Virus record (IMG/VR): IMGVR_UViG_3300007345_000031
Source of the DNA: an uncultured virus (IMG/VR IMGVR_UViG_3300007345_000031)
Lineage: Duplodnaviria; Heunggongvirae; Uroviricota; Caudoviricetes
Reading direction: 5' to 3' (one strand)
Length of the DNA stretch: 64,000 nucleotides
In this document: positions 60,501 to 64,000 of the stretch, in pieces
How the letters are laid out: every line of letters begins with the position of its first letter
Numbering within the stretch: position 1 is the stretch's first letter
Program-made: the position numbers and the translations under genes
Notes under the pieces: generated by a model
What the model was told of the DNA's origin: nothing
The model's input: only the letters and a program-made list of their open reading frames with translations
Database searches by the model: none

Positions 60501-62643
60501 ACCTACATTAGGATCACTATTCAAGTCACAAAATTCCACTGCATGGGAATCAAGTCAGTGGGAGGATCTCAAGTTCAATTTATATGTTGCCAATTTTGCC
60601 ACTAGTGGAACGGTTGAATTCTATAACCCAATCCTCTCTGATGCTGATGGCTATGTTCCTACGTTAATGAAAGATTCTGTGGTTGTAAATTCTAGGCAAG
60701 TACGAATTGGAATTGGATCAACTTTACAAGATGACAATATCCGCATAGGAAATACGGTAACGCAGGATGGAACTAGTGCTTCAGGAAATTTAAAAGGATT
60801 TGCTGGCTCTATAGACGGAGCATTTTCTATTGTCAATAGTGGAATTGGTTATACTCCCAATTCCGGATCTTTTACATTTACTGGTGTTGCAGTAACTGCT
60901 GTTACTGGATTTGGAAGAGATGCCACAGCAGAAATTACCGTTACTGATGGTGTAATCTCTTCAGCAACTGTAACAACAGGTGTTGAGGGAACAGGATATC
61001 AAGTCGGTGATGTTCTAGCTGTTCCAAAACTTGGAAATGAAAATGTTGGAGAAGTTGGAGCTAATGGAAGACTTTCAGTCGTTTCTATTGCTGCTACAAA
61101 TATGCTAATCCTTGATGATGTTCAGGGAGATTTCCAAACTGGAAGTTTTAATTCAGGAATTTCATCTGTTCGATATGATACCATTAAAGATGGTGTAGGA
61201 CTTTCTACAACATTAAATGGTGCAAATGATGTTGGTGGTGGTGTATACATCGATAATATTATTACGGTCAGTGATGGTTTGCATCTTAAAATAAACCATA
61301 AAAATCATGGTATGCACCATGAAATTAATAGAGTTGCTTTAAATAATGTAATTTCTGATGTGTCTCCAACAAAATTAAGTGCAGCGTATTCATCTTCTTC
61401 AACCGATTCTATTTCAATTGATGATAGTTCACAATTTGGAACATTTGAGAATGTTTCAGTTGCATCATCTATGCCAGGTTATGCTAGGATACAAAATGAA
61501 ATTATTTCGTATACTGGAGTTTCTGCAGGTCAACTTACTGGTATTACTAGAGGAGATTTGCCTGGAGATTATCCCTTAGGAACACCAGTTGAAAAGTATG
61601 AATTTCATGGAGTTTCTTTGAGAAGGATAAACAAAACACATTTACTTAGTGATGTGGATAAAACAATTATACCCAAACCCATTACATTTGATAGTTATCA
61701 TGTAAAACTTGATATGGGAATTGATGGAACCGATAGAAACACCAATGAAAACAGCTATCCAAAACTTTATCTCACAGAAACTTCTAGTGATGGTGGACTT
61801 ATAACTAATGCATCACAAAATATGCCTTTTGAAATTATTAAACCAATGGTCCAAAATATTTCTGTGAGTGGAGCATCAATTAAAGCTTCAATTAGAACAG
61901 TCTCTGGAACAAATCTTAATGATGGATCTGGAACTGGATCTGATCTTCCTTTTGTAGTTCAACCAAGAGTTCCTGTTACAATAAATGAAGTAAATTATCT
62001 CGATAATACCAGTATTATTTGTTCTAGAAATAATGAACTTGAAAATGCATCAATTTCTCAACTTCCAGGAGCAAGATCATTCAATCTTCAATTACAGTTA
62101 AATACTAATAATCAATTAGTATCTCCTGTTATTGATCTTGAAAGGATAAATGTTGTGTTAACCTCTAATAGAATTGATTCGCAAATTTCTGATTTTAATA
62201 CTGATAATAGAGTGAATACTTTATTAGAAGATCCATCTTCTTTCTCTTACATCACAAAAGAACTTCAACTAAAAAATTCATCAACTTCCATTCAAGTTCT
62301 TCTCGATGCACACCTCAATGTGTTCTCGGATTTAAGAGTGTTTTATGCTATCAGTGATAAATCTAATTTTGAACCAATATTCATTCCCTTCCCAGGATAT
62401 GATAATCTTGATCCACAAGGAAATATAATATCTTCACAAAATAATAGTGGTAGACCAGACAGCCGTGTTTCACCATCATCATATGGTTCATTTGAATCTC
62501 TTGATTTGGCCTTCAAGGAGCATAAATTTAGTGTTTCTAATTTGCCATCATTCAGATTCTATAGAATAAAACTGGTGGCAGCATCATCCAATCAGGTGTA
62601 TGTCCCCAGAATTCGTAACCTAAGAACCATTTGTTTTGCATAA
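54535..62643 (+). CDS. Large structural protein, VrlC/DUF4815-like
   Basis: TNLNVSPYFDDF, LFKPGYPVQARELT, APGADR, RRTFEESGDY, RYRMKDI..LE.RI..LEYYTSL, DPIAQTF. Confidence 0.85.
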   Translation: MAQQTNLNVSPYFDDFDADKNYHKILFKPGYPVQARELTGVQSIIQNQIDRFGQHVFKDGAKVIPGNWSYYSNYPGIRINNTHLGVPVSLYTDQLVGKRIIGQTSGITAIVDYVLPPELSSTGDTVLYVQYASSSATDKESDTFLDGEFLNLQSDVITTELNDNFIPQGESFASTISSNSNITGSSFSINDGVYFIRGYFVDVQSERILLAENNADVERFNVRIGFRILEEIVTSDFDESLTDNAKGFNNYAAPGADRFKLSVSLAYKSLTDSNDADFVELARVENDTLQEIQKYTEYDHLADEFARRTFEESGDYFVKDFDISVLESLNNGNNGGIFYDGETTYSGGTPNPSTAIYKISPGCAYVRGYRIDRTSPTYLDIAKPRTTKELTGQSIEYNTGATFKLNRVKGAPTIGIGNTYIVSLRDQRIDPRAAGLGTDPVLPNKEIGIARVYDFALEGGSYDTTDGDINQWDITLYDIQTFTDIKLNEPITLSVPTHIKGKYSGATGFLRSPVSAGTAMTVYDTKGDFVLNEPFIFDGVENSRIGVGLTIHKLSDAKSIIGGAGLLGDVGSGVSFTADIMLSRIGYNIGLGTITSSSISNSVTSYHLFGTLDPDGNPGVSTFIAENMNGLLNNVEVNDIIRYTTTGSNGGSDVPDGGRTWYNRVVKIVRTEEDTETAPSPGLAGMGSFGRYGQHLLVTPIPNIPGRVEATGPTVNNIASGRNPYGFVGHSGRILGGTNATWNVQDAVILKSPLISSTNNTLYTKIPKNNISDVTLDDAQLVIRKTFDVTIADNQLSSALVAGDNETFEPFDEEDYILIRTDGDDGGTEVLTEDKFEITSGGKSLQIRNLSDTGGAAKLIATLRKVKPTSKIKIKNKINTIVIDKSNDVGSGAGSTTLNDGLTYGNYPFGTKVQDESISLNVPDVVEVLGIFESKDTSAPSAPKLTLNALTGPSGTTDDLIIGEKVFGQTSKAVAIVASKLSSNQIECLFKTDVKFEIGEVLRFQESSVRALPSALDETSKNISSHYLYNSGQTGSIYNYSSIKRKPGFEKPKKQIKVYFSNLYFSSSDDGDIVTARSYSTGIDYAKDIRTVNGIRNTDIIDIRPRVSTYGVEVDKRSPLEFFGRTFNQSGNSAANILASDKSILIDYTFYLGRIDRIYLSKTGAITVQKGDPSEHPKKPVSIDEALELGFINLPPYLYSSRQAKVSFLEHKRYRMKDISKLENRIKNLEYYTSLSLLETNTENLFVPDDEGLNKFKSGFFVDNFKTNLNQEGSIPLKNSIDIGNSELRPRHYTNSVDLEIGPVDGVSPDTDARWSIPEGTNIARSANNLLTLSYNELLWKTQPFGTREESVTPYLIDVWYGRLTLDPSSDTWVDTVRIDAKVIQVEGNYNDTIAILGADPQTGLGPIIWDAPETVWTGTRTNSFSVQRTEVGNFSIDTDLETNINTSQDALRAGQTTTVNGSVSSTFEVELSGTETVFEDTITETFNTGTETRNGVRALITERYDQESQGDKVVSRELITFMRRRNITFIGSQLKPQTKLYAYFDGVKVDKYVTPKLLQVEMISGVFQVGETVATDIVPGTYTNPYIKFRLARPDHKEGPFNDPSRTYTSNPYTTVVSTSTESYYDLAARSELNAIPSSYSSTSDILNIDLLSLSSRGNGFFGYASVGMILKGQTSGAIARVTAKDLITDIASTIYGDLRIPNPNFASNLKFETGSKVLTLTDNPNSFSSFNKTSAQAEFVSSGTLETVQEEIISTRNAQVRYQELQTSRTVEEFVGSDVVTEVVSTTNFTDNGSTTSNDTFSLQIPPGAQGATGAQGATGATGAQGARGGTGGGGRAFWNNFDPRTQTGFHNVPVRWNNGGGGGGDPIAQTFLCEEPSGLFLTSLDVFFSQVDPDGIPVIFQLRNVVNGYPESNVFIPGSEVYIEPSEIQVSPDGSIPTRINLPGPVYLSPGKEYALILMSASTSYKVLISRVKENDLITDEFVSTQPTLGSLFKSQNSTAWESSQWEDLKFNLYVANFATSGTVEFYNPILSDADGYVPTLMKDSVVVNSRQVRIGIGSTLQDDNIRIGNTVTQDGTSASGNLKGFAGSIDGAFSIVNSGIGYTPNSGSFTFTGVAVTAVTGFGRDATAEITVTDGVISSATVTTGVEGTGYQVGDVLAVPKLGNENVGEVGANGRLSVVSIAATNMLILDDVQGDFQTGSFNSGISSVRYDTIKDGVGLSTTLNGANDVGGGVYIDNIITVSDGLHLKINHKNHGMHHEINRVALNNVISDVSPTKLSAAYSSSSTDSISIDDSSQFGTFENVSVASSMPGYARIQNEIISYTGVSAGQLTGITRGDLPGDYPLGTPVEKYEFHGVSLRRINKTHLLSDVDKTIIPKPITFDSYHVKLDMGIDGTDRNTNENSYPKLYLTETSSDGGLITNASQNMPFEIIKPMVQNISVSGASIKASIRTVSGTNLNDGSGTGSDLPFVVQPRVPVTINEVNYLDNTSIICSRNNELENASISQLPGARSFNLQLQLNTNNQLVSPVIDLERINVVLTSNRIDSQISDFNTDNRVNTLLEDPSSFSYITKELQLKNSSTSIQVLLDAHLNVFSDLRVFYAISDKSNFEPIFIPFPGYDNLDPQGNIISSQNNSGRPDSRVSPSSYGSFESLDLAFKEHKFSVSNLPSFRFYRIKLVAASSNQVYVPRIRNLRTICFA

Positions 62644-62649
62644 AGTATT

Positions 62650-62877
62650 ATGAGCGATTTAATTAAGGTGGAGGGTCATGCAAATTTGAGACGTGACCCT
62701 CATACAAATTCAATTATCAATACAGATAAATCTGGATATGATCAGTATATTGCACGTCGCAATAAAAAAAACGAAGAAAAACAAAAATCCTTGCAAATGG
62801 AGGAAGAAGTTGCTAATATGAAAAAAGATCTAGATGAAATTAAAACCTTACTAAGGAGATTAACTAATGGATCCTGA
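62650..62877 (+). CDS. Small coiled-coil protein
   Basis: KVEGH..L.RD....IIN; C-terminal heptads. Confidence 0.7.
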   Translation: MSDLIKVEGHANLRRDPHTNSIINTDKSGYDQYIARRNKKNEEKQKSLQMEEEVANMKKDLDEIKTLLRRLTNGS

Positions 62878-63043
62878 ATCAATTCAACTGGATAATATCA
62901 ATAAGCAATTTGAATATTTTAAAATTTCTAAAGAAGTTGATAATATTACTTGCATTGATTCTCTTAAGAATATGTTAAAAGCATATATTAAGTTATACTA
63001 TAAGCAACAAGAGGTATTAACCAACATGGCTAAAATGCCATAA
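62867..63043 (+). CDS. 58-aa protein, possibly NblA-like (absent from ORF track)
   Basis: AAGGAG SD; MDPESIQLDNINKQFEYFKISKEVDNITCIDSLKNMLKAYIKLYYKQQEVL... Confidence 0.55.
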   Translation: MDPESIQLDNINKQFEYFKISKEVDNITCIDSLKNMLKAYIKLYYKQQEVLTNMAKMP

Positions 63044-63067
63044 ATATTCAAAAAAGAGTCCATAGAT

Positions 63068-63910
63068 ATGGCGCAACCATCCACAAAACAAGAGTTAATA
63101 GATTATGCAAAAAGAAAACTGGGAGCGCCAGTTTTAGAAATTAATGTTGCGGATGAGCAAATTGATGACTTAATTGATGATGCTGTTCAATTTTTTCAAG
63201 AACGGCATTTTGATGGTGTATATCCTGCATTATTTAAATATCAAATAACAGAAGAAGACATAAATCGAGGAAAAGCAAAGGCCCCGACAGGTGTTGGTAT
63301 CGCTACGACTTCTGCCACAGAAACAATTGTTGGTACAGCAACAACTTTCAGTTATTATGAAAATTCAAATTATTTAAAAATTCCAAATTCTGTAATTGGT
63401 GTTACTAAAATATTTCATTTTGATGGATCTAATGCTGTTTCCAGCAATATGTTTAGTGCCAAATATCAATTATTTTTAAATGACGTTTATTATTGGGGTT
63501 CGACAGAACTTTTATCTTATTCAATGGTAAAAACATATCTTGAAGATATTAATTTTTTACTTACTACACAAAAACAAATTAGATATAATAAGAGACAAGA
63601 TAGACTTTATTTGGATATTGATTGGAATACGGTAAATGCCGGAGACTTTTTTATCATCGATTGTTTTTCTGTTTTAGATCCAAATTCATATTCTGAAGTA
63701 TGGAATGATTCTTTTTTGAAAAAATATGTGACTTCACTGATTAAGAAACAGTGGGGCCAAAATTTAATTAAATTTCAAGGCGTAAAACTTCCCGGTGGTG
63801 TGGAGCTTAATGGAAGACAGTTATATGATGATGCTCAAAAAGAAATAGACGACCTAATGGAAAAAATGTCAAATACATACGAACTTCCTCCATTAGATAT
63901 GATTGGTTAA
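63068..63910 (+). CDS. gp13: Neck protein gp13
   Basis: RKLGAPVLEINV, QWGQNLIKFQGVKLPGGVELNG. Confidence 0.92.
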   Translation: MAQPSTKQELIDYAKRKLGAPVLEINVADEQIDDLIDDAVQFFQERHFDGVYPALFKYQITEEDINRGKAKAPTGVGIATTSATETIVGTATTFSYYENSNYLKIPNSVIGVTKIFHFDGSNAVSSNMFSAKYQLFLNDVYYWGSTELLSYSMVKTYLEDINFLLTTQKQIRYNKRQDRLYLDIDWNTVNAGDFFIIDCFSVLDPNSYSEVWNDSFLKKYVTSLIKKQWGQNLIKFQGVKLPGGVELNGRQLYDDAQKEIDDLMEKMSNTYELPPLDMIG

Positions 63911-63914
63911 TGCT

Positions 63915-64000
63915 ATGCTAAATCCATTTTTTCTACAAGGGTCGCAAACAGAGCAAGGTCTGGTTCAAGATCTCATAAATGAGCAATTGAGAATGTATGG
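63915..64000 (+). CDS. gp14: Neck protein gp14, N-terminal fragment
   Basis: MLNPFFLQGS..EQ.LVQDLINEQLRMYG directly after gp13. Confidence 0.85.
   Translation, partial: MLNPFFLQGSQTEQGLVQDLINEQLRMY

Overview
AT-rich fragment of a large T4-like cyanomyophage (Kyanoviridae-like) genome, almost entirely coded on the + strand. It has four parts. (1) 1-225: 3' part of a tRNA-Leu(UAA) interrupted by a group I intron. (2) 601-17898: late module of three very large fibre/virion proteins (one with a peptidase-S74 chaperone, two with Cys-rich 14-aa repeats), followed by a sulfotransferase, a GT9-like glycosyltransferase and a small acidic protein, closed by a terminator. (3) About 18000-35500: accessory region of many small ORFs plus a DUF262-like protein, an SF2 helicase, a PD-(D/E)XK nuclease + DNA MTase pair, an HExxH peptidase and a GIY-YIG homing endonuclease. 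This region is punctuated by 14 same-strand, fixed-spacing copies of TGGGCCC-N3-AAAGTGT-N5-T-N2-T-R placed at gene boundaries, which is the most striking feature of the window. (4) 35556-64000: structural block (gp25, gp6, gp7, gp8, VrlC/DUF4815-like, gp13, start of gp14) with a possible NblA-like ORF. All product calls come from motif recognition by eye; no database searches were run.
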